DNA of 64,000 nt, taken from assembly GCA_964016885.1 (NCBI GenBank), contig OZ024744.1, positions 22,568,001-22,632,000 on the forward strand, in the 5' to 3' direction. Source of the DNA: Eledone cirrhosa (lineage: Eukaryota). The notes under the pieces were generated by a model. The model made no database searches. It saw nothing but the letters and a program-made list of their open reading frames with translations, and had not been told where the DNA came from. Position numbers and translations under genes: made by a program. This document shows positions 25,155 to 37,400 of this stretch, in pieces (position 1 is the first letter of the stretch; every line of letters begins with the position of its first letter).

Positions 25155-25235
25155 ATATCTATACCATGGCTTCATCCGTATTTTTAGACATCCAAATAAT
25201 AGGAATGTCTTGAGTTAGGATTCATCAGGAGACAA
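25155..25235 (-). ncRNA. Degenerate type I hammerhead with long stem II
   Basis: Minus strand: tgtctc CTGATGA atcc..agacattc/ggatgtct..ggat GAAG CCATGG TA tagata. Core deviation GAAA>GAAG and a mismatch at the first stem I pair. Confidence 0.5.
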
Positions 25236-25426
25236 ACTCAAAATCAGACATCTAGTATTCTAACCCGATTTCGCCAAAATTAGATTAAAAAACGGCTAAG
25301 AATCGCTATGTGGCTGTGGTCAAGCTAGAAAGAATGTGATTGGTTGCTTACAGCGGGTAGGCTTGCTGCTAGAAAGCGCAGCCAAATATCGCCAAATTGA
25401 ATCTCAACCTAACGGGAGATTATTAA

Positions 25427-25515
25427 ATATAAAGGTTTACATATACATAAAGTTATAGATATATATGTAACCGGTTGCAACATATATATATCTATAACTT
25501 TATGTATATGTAAAC

Positions 25516-25523
<8 letters not shown>
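25427..25523. repeat. Perfect 40-bp inverted repeat with a 17-bp spacer, next to (TA)n
   Basis: atataaaggtttacatatacataaagttatagatatatat (25427-25466) and its reverse complement (25484-25523). Confidence 0.9.
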
Positions 25524-25569
<46 letters not shown>

Positions 25570-25642
25570 CTGCTTACGGCAAACACTTATGGTTTTATTA
25601 GTTTGTAAATTTTCTCCAATAAAAAGCTAACCAATATATAAT

Positions 25643-26700
25643 ACCAGATAGAAAAATGCGTACAGCAAAAAAAGTAATATTGTTGGAATATAAACCTTTA
25701 AAAATACAGGACAAGAAACTAAAATAAAACTTTAAAAGAATAGGACAAGAAACTAAGATAAAACTTTAAAGAATTGGACAAGAAATAAAAAAATGTTACA
25801 ATAATATTAGTGGCAAAATTTTTATTGGTAAAAAATCGAGTTCCACATTCATAGGCTCTGGGTTCCACATTCAGAGGTCGTCGTCAGACCGGGGATCATT
25901 TGATCCTGGTTTGAACACCAATTGGGCCATAACCATACCCCTATTTCATCATTCGGCGACACGACTCATGTGTCATGCATAATGTGAATGGACCCATGGG
26001 CCCATGAGCACAGATCTTGAGCAGCAGCGGACGGTCTTGTCGTCCCGCTCATCCTTGATCTTGACCAACCCGTCCATCTTCTCCTTGCATCTTGTCCTTG
26101 AGTTCAAGTCCGGCAGTCCAGATGAATGCGTGCCACAGCTTTCTGGTACAGGAAGGGGGAGCAGGAGGACTGGAGGGATGACGGGACAGAGGGAGGGAGG
26201 ACCGGTGGTTGAGGGAGGTGCCGTAGTCGGTGGTCAGAGTCGACATCTTGTCCCGGTCGTCTTCTCCATCTTCGTCTGGTGTTGCGGCACAAGAAGTGCA
26301 TTCTTGGAGTAGACCTGCAGCTGCATCGGCCAATTCTTCTTGCACTGGTCATTCTGACGGAGCAGAACTGCTCAGCCAACCAACCCCAAACAGAACCAAC
26401 CACTCAGGGGCAACGCACAATGAGAGCATGACAATGATTATGCACTAATCAAGAAGATACTGGGGCATAGCACAGGAAACGAATAAAAAATGTTTGCCAC
26501 TAATATTATTGTAAATTTTTTTATTTCTTGTCCAATTCTTTAAAGTTTTATCTTAGTTTCTTGTCCAATTCTTTAAAGTTTTGTCTTAGTTTCTTGTCCT
26601 ATTCTTTTAAAGTTTTATTTTAATTTCTTGTCCTGTATTTTTAAAGGTTTATATTCCAACAATATTACTTTTTTTTGCTGTACGCATTTTTCTATCTGGT
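25643..26700 (-). mobile_element. Non-autonomous DNA transposon with about 185-220 bp internally repetitive TIRs; possibly Academ-derived
   Basis: accagatagaaaaatgcgtacagc... at 25643 and its reverse complement ending at 26700; about 33-bp ggacaagaaa sub-repeats (3 left, 4 right); GC-richer interior with a frameshifted WGW...CKKN..RCSCR..ECTS..CRN remnant. TIRs are clear, superfamily is tentative, no clean TSD. Confidence 0.8.
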
Positions 26701-27188
26701 CTACTATTTTTTAAGGCAATGCAAGCAACAACTATCTAATAATTAAAAGATCATAGTGAATTACTGACAAGTGATTGACATTTTAAAGTTCTTTTGAGTA
26801 TAATTGCAATCTAGTTGAGGCAACTGGCTTAATGACAAAGCTAGTAAATGAATGCATTTGAGATGATTAGTGCATAATAGTGAATTGGTGAAACTTGTGC
26901 ATTTCAATGGTGTTACGGATAAAAACTGATACTGCTGTCTACGACCTTTATATAGGATTGTCATGTTTCTCTGTATCTGCAATGTGGGTATACAAAATAA
27001 GAATTATGATATTAACTTTTAATTAAAATCCCAAAAAATGCTGTGCATTAAAACTTCAAAAAGTAATTCTATTTCTATTGATGACCTCTTAGTTGCTCAT
27101 ACTAATTTTGTAAAAGATTTCAAGCCAATAATCAGAATGATCTGGTATAATTTGTATGCAGATAAATGACTAATTAGTATAAAGGGCT

Positions 27189-27241
27189 ATCCAGATATCA
27201 TGTGGACACCGCGAACCAAAATGGTCACATGATATCTGGAT
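27189..27241. repeat. 16-bp perfect inverted repeat (hairpin)
   Basis: atccagatatcatgtg (27189-27204) / cacatgatatctggat (27226-27241). Confidence 0.8.
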
Positions 27242-27727
27242 GGCTCCTAAGCATCCCCTCCACATGGCGGGGACATGGGTCATCATCGTGGAGCACTCAC
27301 CTATTTTTAAAATATTAGACTATGATAAATGAATTAAGTTAAAAATACAATTTGAAATATATTAGATTACCTCCCCTTGTAATTACCTCGTAATTGCCTC
27401 CCCTAGCGTCACGCTTACTACTCAACTCATTTGAACACAAGATTTATCAGCAATCTTTGATTATTAACTTCTTCCCGCTGGACCAAATTTCTAGATTTTT
27501 AAGCCAAAAGATGCGTAATGATCTACTCTTCATGCTCATATAAGTTTTATCTCAGTTGCATAAAGTAGAGCCGCGCTGTACTGTTGTAAACAGACGATTG
27601 CCAACGAAAACACAACCACGACAATATTACTAAACGGACTACCGTTCGTTTAGGATAGAAACACGTCTCCTTCATTGGAATTTAGATATTATCAACTACG
27701 TGCGTTTGTGTGTGGGTGGGTGATGTG

Positions 27728-27875
<148 letters not shown>

Positions 27876-27879
27876 TAAT

Positions 27880-28310
27880 GTTAATACATGTGTAAATCTA
27901 TGTTTTGAGTTATGTGTAAACGTGCATATACTTTGTATCTGTACAAGTGTATATGCAGATATCACATACAGAATTTCTTAAATGTTTTACATATTTTTAC
28001 TGTTCCATTAATGGATTGTACTTGTAATTTCCTAACTAGTGTTCTTTCTGTTCCTGTGAAGCCTAGCTTATCAAGATTTGTATTGAGGTAGGTACTGACA
28101 TATCCCAGTACCCCAATAATCACAGGTATAAATCTGAAGGTATAATCAGAGTGGAGTATCTACAGATTTCTCATCAGTTCTGCATTAATATTCTCCTTTT
28201 CACTAATCTTTGATATTATATTGGCAGCTGCTGGGCAGCTGACTTCTACTACTGTACATGCCTTCTTTTCCCTGTCCCATATCATAATATGTGGTCTGTT
28301 ATGTCTCATC
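27880..28310 (-). mobile_element. R4/Dong-clade 3' fragment (RLE region)
   Basis: RHNRPHIMIWDREKKACTVVEVSCP..EKENINAELMRNL; similar to about 13770-14172. Confidence 0.88.
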
Positions 28311-28402
28311 AAGAGTCCATATATTGGTGCCACATCAGGCACAGCAAAAACTATGGGCTACTGAATTATTGAGGGCAGAGTGTTCAAAAACCATGTTTTT
28401 CA

Positions 28403-31400
28403 TATGGTGTGGTGTATGGTAATGTGGTGTGGTGTATGGTAGTGTTGGTATGGTGGTGTATGTTAGTGTTGGTGTGGTGTATGGTAGTGTTGGTATAGTG
28501 GTGTATGGTAGTGTTGGTGTGGTGTATGGTAATGTTGGTATGGTGGTATATGATAGTGTTGGTGTAGTGTATGTTAGAGTTGGTATGGTGTATGGCAGTG
28601 TTGGTGTGGTGTATGGTAGTGTTTGTGTGGTGGTGTATGATACTTTTGGTGTGTGTATGGTAGTGTTGGTGTGGTGTATGGTAGTGTTGCTGTGGTGTAT
28701 GGTAGTGGTGGTGTATGGTGGTGTTGGTGTGGTGAATGGTACTGTTGGTGTGGTGTATGGTAGTGTTGGTGTGGTATATGGTACTGTTGGTGTGGTGTAT
28801 GGAAGTATTGGTGTTGTGTATGGTACTGTTGGTGTCGGTATGGTAGTGTTGGTGTGGTGTATGGTAGTGTTGGTGTGGTATATGGTAGTGTTGGTGTGCT
28901 GTATGGTAGTGGTGGTGTGGTGTATAGTAGTGTTGGTGTGGTGTTTGGTAGTGTTGGTGTGGTGTATGATAGTGTTGGTGTGGTGTATGATAGCGTTGGT
29001 GTGGTGTATGGTAGTGTTGGTGTGGTGTATGGTAGTGTTGGTGTGGTGTATGGTAGTGTTGGTGTTGTGTATGGTAGTGTTGGGGTGGTGTATGGTAGTA
29101 TTGGTGTGGTGTATGGTAGTGTAGTAGTGGTGTATGGTAGTGTTGGTGTGGTGTATGGTAGTGTTGGTGTGGTGTATGGTAGTGTTGGTGTGGTGTATGG
29201 TAGTGTTGGTGTGGTGTATGGTAGTGTTGGTGTGGTGTATGGTAGTGTTGGTGTGGTGTATGGTAGTGTTGGTGTGGTGTATGGTAGTGTTGGTGTGGTG
29301 TATGGTAGTGTTGGTGTGGTGTATGATAGTGTTGGTGTTGTGTATGATAGTGTTGGTGTGGTGTATGGTAGTGTTGGTGTGGTGTATGGTAGTGTTGGTG
29401 TGGTGTATGGTAGTGTTGGTGTGGTGTATGGTAGTGATGGTGTGGTGTATGGTAGTGTTGGTGTGGTGTATGGTAGTGTTGTTGTGGTGATGTATGGTAG
29501 TGTTGGTGTGGTGTATGGTAGTGTTGGTGTTGTGTATGGTAGTGTTGGTGTGGTGTATGGTAGTATTGGTGTGGTGTATGGTAGTGTTGGAGTGGTGTAA
29601 GGTAGTGTTGGTGTGGTGAATGGTAGTGTTGTTGTGGTGTTTGGTAGTGTTGATGTGGTGTATGGTAGTGTTGGTGTGGTGTATGGTAGTGTTGGTGTTG
29701 TGTATGGTAGTGTTGGTGTGGTGTATGGTAGTGTTGGTGTGGTGTATGGTAGTGTTGGTGTGGTGTATGGTAGTGTTGGTGTGGTGTATGGTAGTGTTGG
29801 TGTGGTGTATGGTAGTGTTGGTGTGGTGCATGGTAGTGTTGGTGTGGTGTATGGTAGTGATGGTGTGGTGTATGGTAGCGGTGTTGTGGTGTATGGTAGT
29901 GTTGGTGTGGTGTATGGTAGCTTTGGTGTGGTGGTGTATGGTAGTGTTGGAGTGGTGTATGGTAGTGTTGGTGTGGTGTATGGTAGTGTTGGTGTGGTGT
30001 ATGATAGTGTTGGTGTGGTGTATGGTAGTGTTGGTGTGGTGTATGGTAGTGTTGGTGTGGTGTATGGTAGTGTTGGTGTGGTGTATGGTAGTGTTGGTGT
30101 GGTGTATGGTAGTGTTGGTGTGGTGTATGGTAGTGTGGTGTGGTGTATGGTAGTGTTGGTATGGTGTATGGTAGTGTTGGTGTGGTGTATGGTAGTGTGG
30201 TGTGGTGTATGGTAGTGTTGGTATGGTGTATGGTAGTGTTGGTGTGGTGTATGGTAGCTTTGGTGTGGTGGTGTATGGCAGTGTTGGTGTGGTGTATGGT
30301 AGTGTTGTTGTGGTGTATGGTAGTGTTGGTGTGGAGTATGGTAGTGTTGGTGTGGTGTATGGTAGTGTTGGTGTGGTGTATGGTAGAGTTCGTGTGGTGA
30401 ATGGTAGTGTTGGTGTGGTGGTGTATGGTAGTGCTGGGGTGGTGTATGGTAGTGTATGTGTGGTATATGGTAGTGTTGGTGTGGTGTATGGTAGTGTTGG
30501 TGTGGTGTATGGTAGTGTTGGTGTGGTTGTGTATGGTAGTGTTGGTGTGATGTATGGTAGTGTATGTGTGGTATATGGTAGTGTTGGTGTGGTGTATGGT
30601 AGTGTTGGTGTGGTGTATGGTAGTGTGGGTGTGGTGGATGGCCGTGTTGGTGTGGTGTATAATAGTGTTGGTTTGGTGTATGGTAGTGATGGTGTGGTGT
30701 ATGATAGTGTTGGTGTGGTGTATGATAGTGTTGGTGTGGTCGCGTATGGTAGTGTTGCTGTGGTGGTGTATGGTAGTGTTGGTGTGGTGTATGGTAGAGT
30801 TGATGTGGGGTATGGTAGTTTTGGTGTGACGTATGGTAATATTGGCGTGTTGTATATTAGTGTTCGTGTGGTTTATGGTAGTGTTGGTGTGGTGTATGGT
30901 AGTGTTGGTGTGGTGTATTGTAGTGTTGGTGTGGTGCATTGTAGTGTTGGTGTGGTGTATAGTAGTGTTGGTGTGGTGTATGCTACTGTTGGTGTTGTGT
31001 ATGGTAGTGTTCGTGTGGTGTATTGTAGTGTTGGTGTGGTGTATTGTAGTGTTGGTGTGGTGTATAGTAGTGTTGGTGTGGTGTATGGTGCTGTTGGTGT
31101 TGTGTATGGTAGTGTTGTTGTGGTGATGTATGGTAGTGATGGTGTGGTGTATGGTAGTGTTGGTGTGGTGTTTGGTAATATTGGTGTGGTGTATGGTAGT
31201 GTTGGTGTGGTGTATGGTAGTGTTGGTGTGGTGTATGGTACTGTTGGTGTTGTGTATGGTAGTGTTGTTGTGGTGATGTATGGTAGTGTTGGTGTGGTGT
31301 ATGGTAGTGTTGGTGTGGTGTTTGGTAGTATTGGTGTGGTGTATGGAAGTGTTGGTGTGGTGTATGGTAGTGTTGGTGTTGTGTATGGTAGTGTTGGTGT

Positions 31401-34400
31401 GGTGTATGGTAGTGTTGGTGTGGTGGTGTATGGTAGTGTTGGTGTGGTGTATGGTAGTATTGGTGTGGTGTATGGTAGTGTTGGTATGATGGTGTATGGT
31501 AGTCTTGGTGTGGTGTATGGTAGTGTTGGTGTGGTGTATGGTAGTTTTGATGTGCTGTATGATAGTATTGGTGTGGTGTATGGTAGTGTTGGTGTGGTGT
31601 ATGGTAGTATTGGTGTGGTGTATGGTAGTGTTGGTGTATGGTGGTGTTGGTGTGGCGAATGGTAGCGTCGGTGTGGTTGTGTATGGTAGTGTTGGTGTGG
31701 TTGTGTAAGGTAGTGCTGGTGTGGGTATGGTAGTGTTGGTGTGGTGTACGGTAGTGTTGTTGTGGTGCATGGTAATTGTGGTGTGGTGTATAGTAGTGTT
31801 GGTGTGGTGTATGGTAGTGTTGGTGTGATGGTGTATGGTAATGTTGGTATGGTGTATGGTAGTATTGGTGTGGTGGTGTATGGTAGTGTTGCTGTGGTGT
31901 ATGGTAGTGTTGGTGTGGTGTATGGTAGTATAGGTGTGGTGTATGGTAGTGTCGGTGTGGTGTATGGTAGTATTGGTGTGGTGTATGGTAGTGTTGGTGT
32001 GGTGTATGGTAGTGTTGGTGTGGTGTATGTTAGTGTTGTTGTGGTGTATGGTAGTGGTGGCGTGGTGTATGGATGTGCTTGTATGGCGTATGGTAGTGTT
32101 GGTGTGGTGTATGGTAGTGTTGGTGTGGTGTATGGTAGTGGTGGCGTGGTGTATGGTAGTGTTGGTATGACGTATGGTAGTGTTGGTTTGGTGTATGGTA
32201 GTTTGGTGTGGTGTATGGCAGTGTTGGTGTGGTGTATGGTAGTGTTGATATGGTGTATGGTAGTGTTGGTGTGATGTATGGTAGTGTTGGTGTCGTGTAT
32301 GGTAGTGTTGGTGTGGTGTATGTTAGTGATGGTGTGGTGTATGGTAGTGATGGTGTGGTGGTGTATGGTACTGTTGGTGTGGTGTATGGTAGTGTTTGTG
32401 TGGTGTATGGTAGTGTTGGTGTGGTGTATGGTAGTGTTTGTGTGGTGTATGGTAGTGTTGGTGTGGTGTACGGTAGTGTTGGTGTGGTGTATGTTAGTGA
32501 TGGTGTGGTGTATGGTAGTGATGGTGTGGTGGTGTATGGTACTGTTGGTTTGGTGTATGGTAGTGTTGGTGTGGTGTATGATAGTATTGGTGTGGTGTAT
32601 GGTAGTGTATGTGTGATGGTGTATGGTACTGTTGGTGTGGTGTATGGTAGTGTTGGTGTGGTGTATGGTAGTGTCCGTGTGGTGTATAGTAGTGTTGGTG
32701 TGGTGTATGGTACTGTTGGTGTGGTGGTGTATGGTAGTATAGGTGTGGTGTATGGTAGTTTGGGTATGGTGTATGGCAGTGTCGGTGTGGTGTATGGTAG
32801 TGTTGGTGTGAAGTATGTTAGTTTTAGTGTGGTGTATGGTAGTGATGGTGTGGTGGTGTATGGTACTGGTGGTGTGGTGTATGGTAGTGTTTGTTTGGTG
32901 TATGGTAGATTTGGTGTGGTGTATGGCAGTGTTGGTGTGGTGTATGGTAGTGTTGGTGGGGTTTATGGTAGTGTTGGTGTGGTGTATGGTAGTGTTGGTG
33001 TGGTGGTGTATGGTACTGTTGGTGTGGTGTATGGTAGTGTTGGTGTGGTGTATGTTAGTGTTGGTGTGGTGTATGGTAGTGATGGTGTGGTGTATGGTAG
33101 TGTTGGTTTGATGTATGGTAGTGTTGGCGTGGTGTATAGTAGTGTGGATGTGGTGTATGGCAGTGTAGGTAGGTGTGTGGCTGTGTTGGTGTACTGTATG
33201 GTAGTGTGGTGTGATGGTGTATGGTAGTGTTGGTGTAATGTATGGTAGTGTTGGTGTGGTGTATGGTAGTGTGGATGTGGTGTATGGCAGTGTAGGTAGG
33301 TGTGTGGCAGTGTTGGTGTAGTGTATGGTAGTGTGGTGTGATGGTGTATGGTAGTGTTGGTGTGATGTGTGGTAGTGTTGTTGTGGTGTATAGTAGTGTT
33401 GGTGTTGTGTATAGTAGTGTTGGTGGGGTGTATGGTAGTGTTGGTGTGCTGTATATTAGTGTTGGTGTGGTATATGATAGTGTTGGTGTGGTGGTGTATG
33501 GTCATTTGGGTGTGGTGTATGTTAGTGTTGGTGTTGTAGTGTATGGTCATTTTGATGTGGTGTATGTTAGTGTTGGTGTGGTATATGGTAGTGTTGGTGT
33601 GGTGTACGGTAGTGTTACTATGGTGTATTGTAGTTTTGGTGTGATGCTGTATGGCAGTGTTGGTATGATGTATGGTAGTTATGGTGTGGTGTATGGTAGT
33701 GTTGGTGTGGTGTATGGTAGTGATGGTGCGGTGGCGTATGGTAGTGTTCGTGTCGTGTATGGTAGTGTTGGTGTGATGGTGTATGGCAGTGTTAGTATGG
33801 TGTATGGTAGTGTTGGTATGGTGTATGGTAGTGTTGGTGTGGTGGTGTATGGTAGTGTTGCTTTGGTGTATGGTAGTGTTGGTGTGGTGTATGGTAGTAT
33901 TGGTGTGGTGTATGGTATTGTTGGTGTGATGGTGTATGGTAGTGTTGGTGTGGTTGTGTATGGTAGTGTTGGTGTGGTGTATGGTATTGGTGGCGTGGTG
34001 TATGGTAGTGTTGGTCCGGCGTAAGGTAGTGTTGGTGTGGTGTATCGTAGTGTTGATGTGGTGTATGGTAGTGTTGGTGTGATGTATGGTAGTGTTGGTG
34101 TGGTGTATGGTAGTGTTGGTGTGGTGTATGTTAGTGATGGTGTAGTGTATGGTAGTGATGGTGTGGTGGTGTATGGTACTGTTGGTGTGGTGTATGGTAG
34201 TGTTGGTGTGGTGTATGCTAGTGTTGGTGTGGTGTATGTAGTGTTGGTGTGGTGTATGGTAGTGTGGTGTGGCGTATGGTAGGGTTGGTGTGGTGTATGG
34301 TAGTGTGGTGTGGTGGTGTATGGTACTGTTGGTGTGGTGTATGGTAGTGTTTGTGTGGTGTATGGTAGTGTTGGTGTTGTGTATAGTAGTGTTGGTGTGG

Positions 34401-37400
34401 TGTATGGTAGTGTTGGTGTGGTGTATAGTAGTATTGGTGTGTTGTATGTTAGTGTTGGTGTGGTGTATGGTAGTGTTGGTGTGGTGTATGGTAGTGTTGG
34501 TGTGGCGTATGGTAGTGTTGATGTTGTGTATGGTAGTGTTGGTGTGCTGTATGGTAGTGGTGCTGTGGTGTATAGTAGTGTTGGTGTGGTGTATGGTAGT
34601 GTTGGTGTGGTGTATGGTAGTGTTGTTGTGGTGTATGGTAGTGTTGGTATGGTAGTGTTGGTATGGTGTATGGCAGTGTTGGTGTGGTGTATGGTAGTAT
34701 TGGTGTGTTGTATAGTAGTGTTGGTGTGCTGTATGATAGTATTGGTGTGGTCTATGGTAATGTTGGTGTTGTGTATGGTAGTGTTAGTGGTGTGATGGGG
34801 TATGGTAGTGTTGGTGTGATGTACGGTAGTGTTAGTGTGGTGGTGTATGGTAGTGTTGGTGTGGTGTATGTAGTGTTGGTGTGGTGTATGGTAGTGTTGG
34901 TGTGGTGGTGTATGGTAGTGTTTGTGTGGTGGTGTATGGTAGTGTTGGTGTTGTGTATGGTAGTGTTGGTGTTGTGTATGTTAGTGTTGGTGTGGTGTAC
35001 GGTAGTGTTGGTGTGGTGTATGATAGTGTTGGTATGGTGTATGATAATTTTGGTGAGGTGTATGGTAGTGTTGTGTGGTGTATGTTAGTGTTGGTGTGGT
35101 GTATGGTAGTGTTGGTGTCGTGTATGGTAGTGTTGGTGTGTTGTATGGTAGTGTTGGTGTTGTGTATGGTAGTATTTGTGTGGTGTATGGTAGTGTTGCT
35201 GTGGTGTATGGTAGTGTTGGTATGGTGTATGGTAGTGTTGGTGTGGTGGTGTATGGTAGTGTTGGTGTGATGTATGGTAGTGTTGCTGTGGTGTATGGTA
35301 GTGTTGGTATGGTGTATGGTAGTGTTGGTGTGGTGGTGTATGGTAGTGTTGGTGTGGTGTATGGTACTGTTGATGTGGTGTATGGTAGTGTTGGTGTGGT
35401 GTATTATAGTGTTGGTGTGGTCGTGTATCGTAGTGTTGGTGTGGTGTATGTTAGTGTTGGTATGGTGGTGTATGGTAGAGGTGGTGTGATGTATGGTAGT
35501 GTTGGTGTGGTGTATGGTAGTGTTGGTGTGGTGGTGCATGTTAGTGTTGGTGTGGTATATGGTAGTGTTGGTGTGGTGTATGGTAGTGTTTGTGTGGTGT
35601 ATGGTAGTGTTGGGGTTATGTATGGTAGTGATGGTGTGGTGTATGGTAGTTTTGGTGTGGTGGTGTATGGTAGTGTTGGTGTGATATATGGTAGTGTGGT
35701 GTGATGTATGGTAGTGTTGGTGTGGTGTATGGTAGTGTTGGTTTGGTTTTATGGTAGTGTTGGTGTGGTGATGTATGGTAGTGTTGGTGTAGTGGTGTAT
35801 GGTAGTGTTGGTGTGGTTTATGGTAGTGTTGGTGTGGTGTATGGTAGTGTTGGTATGGTGTAAGGTAGTGTTGGTGTGGTGTATGGTAATGTTGGTGTGG
35901 TGTTTGGTAGTGTTGGTGTGGTCTATGGTAGTGTTGTGTGTTGTATGGTAGTGTTGGTTTGGTGTATGGTAGTGTTGGTGTGTGGTATGTCAGTATTGGT
36001 GTGGTGTATGCTAGTGTTGGTGTGGGGGTGTATGTTAATCTTGATGTGGTGTATGGTAGTGTTGATGTGGTGGTGTATGGTAGTGTTGTTGTGGTGTATG
36101 GAAGTGTTGTTGTGGTGTATGGTAGTGTTGGTGTGGTAGTGTATGGTAGTGTTGGTGTGGTATATGGTAGTGTGTGGTGTATGGTAGTGTTGGTGTGGTG
36201 GTGTACGGTAGGGTTGGTGTGGTGTATGGTAGTGTGGTGTGGTGGTGTATGGCAGTGTTAGTGTGGTGTATGGTAGTGTTGGTGTGGTGTATGGTAGTGT
36301 TGGTGTGGTGTATGGTAGTGTTGGTGTGGTGTATGGTAGTATTGGTGTGGTGTATGGTAGTGTTGGTGATGTGTATGCTAATGTTGGTGTGGTGTATGGT
36401 AATGTTGGTGTGGTGTATGGTAGTGTTTGTGTGGTGGTGTATGGTCGTTTTGTTGTGGTGGTGTATGGTAGTATTATTGTTGTGTATGGTAGCGTTGGTG
36501 TTGTGTATGGTAGTGTTGGTGTGGTGGTGTATGGTAGTGTTGGTGTGGTGTATGGTAGTGTTGGTGTTGTGTATGGTAGTGTTGGTGTGGTGTATGGTAG
36601 TGTTGGTGTGGTGTATGGTAGTGATGGTGTTGTGTATGGTAGTGTTGGTGTGGTGGTGTATGGTAGTGTTGCTTTGGTGTATGGTAGTGTTGGTGTGGTG
36701 TATGGTAGTATTGGTGTGGTGTATGGTATTGTTGGTGTGATGGTGTATGGTAGTGTTGGTGTGGTTGTGTATGGTAGTGTTGGTGTGGTGTATGGTATTG
36801 GTGGCGTGGTGTATGGTAGTGTTGGTCCGGCGTAAGGTAGTGTTGGTGTGGTGTATCGTAGTGTTGATGTGGTGTATGGTAGTGTTGGTGTGATGTATGG
36901 TAGTGTTGGTGTGGTGTATGGTAGTGTCGGTGTGGTGTATGTTAGTGATGGTGTAGTGTATGGTAGTGATGGTGTGGTGGTGTATGGTACTGTTGGTGTG
37001 GTGTATGGTAGTGTTGGTGTGCTGTATGGTAGTGTTGGTGTGGTCTATGTATTGTTGGTGTGGTGTATGCTAGTGTGGTGTGGTGTATGGTAGTGTTGGT
37101 GTGGTGTATGGTAGTGTGGTGTGGTGGTGTATGGTACTGTTGGTGTGGTGTATGGTAGTGTTTGTGTGGTGTATGGTAGTGTTGGTGTGGTGTATAGTAG
37201 TGTTGGTGTGGTGTATGGTAGTGTTGGTGTGGTGTATAGTAGTATTGGTGTGTTGTATGTTAGTGTTGGTGTGGTGTATGGTAGTGTTGGTGTGGTGGTG
37301 TATGGTAGTGTTGGTGTGATGTATGGTAGTGTTGCTGTGGTGTATGGTAGTGTTGGTATGGTGTATGGTAGTGTTGGTGTGGTGGTGTATGGTAGTGTTG

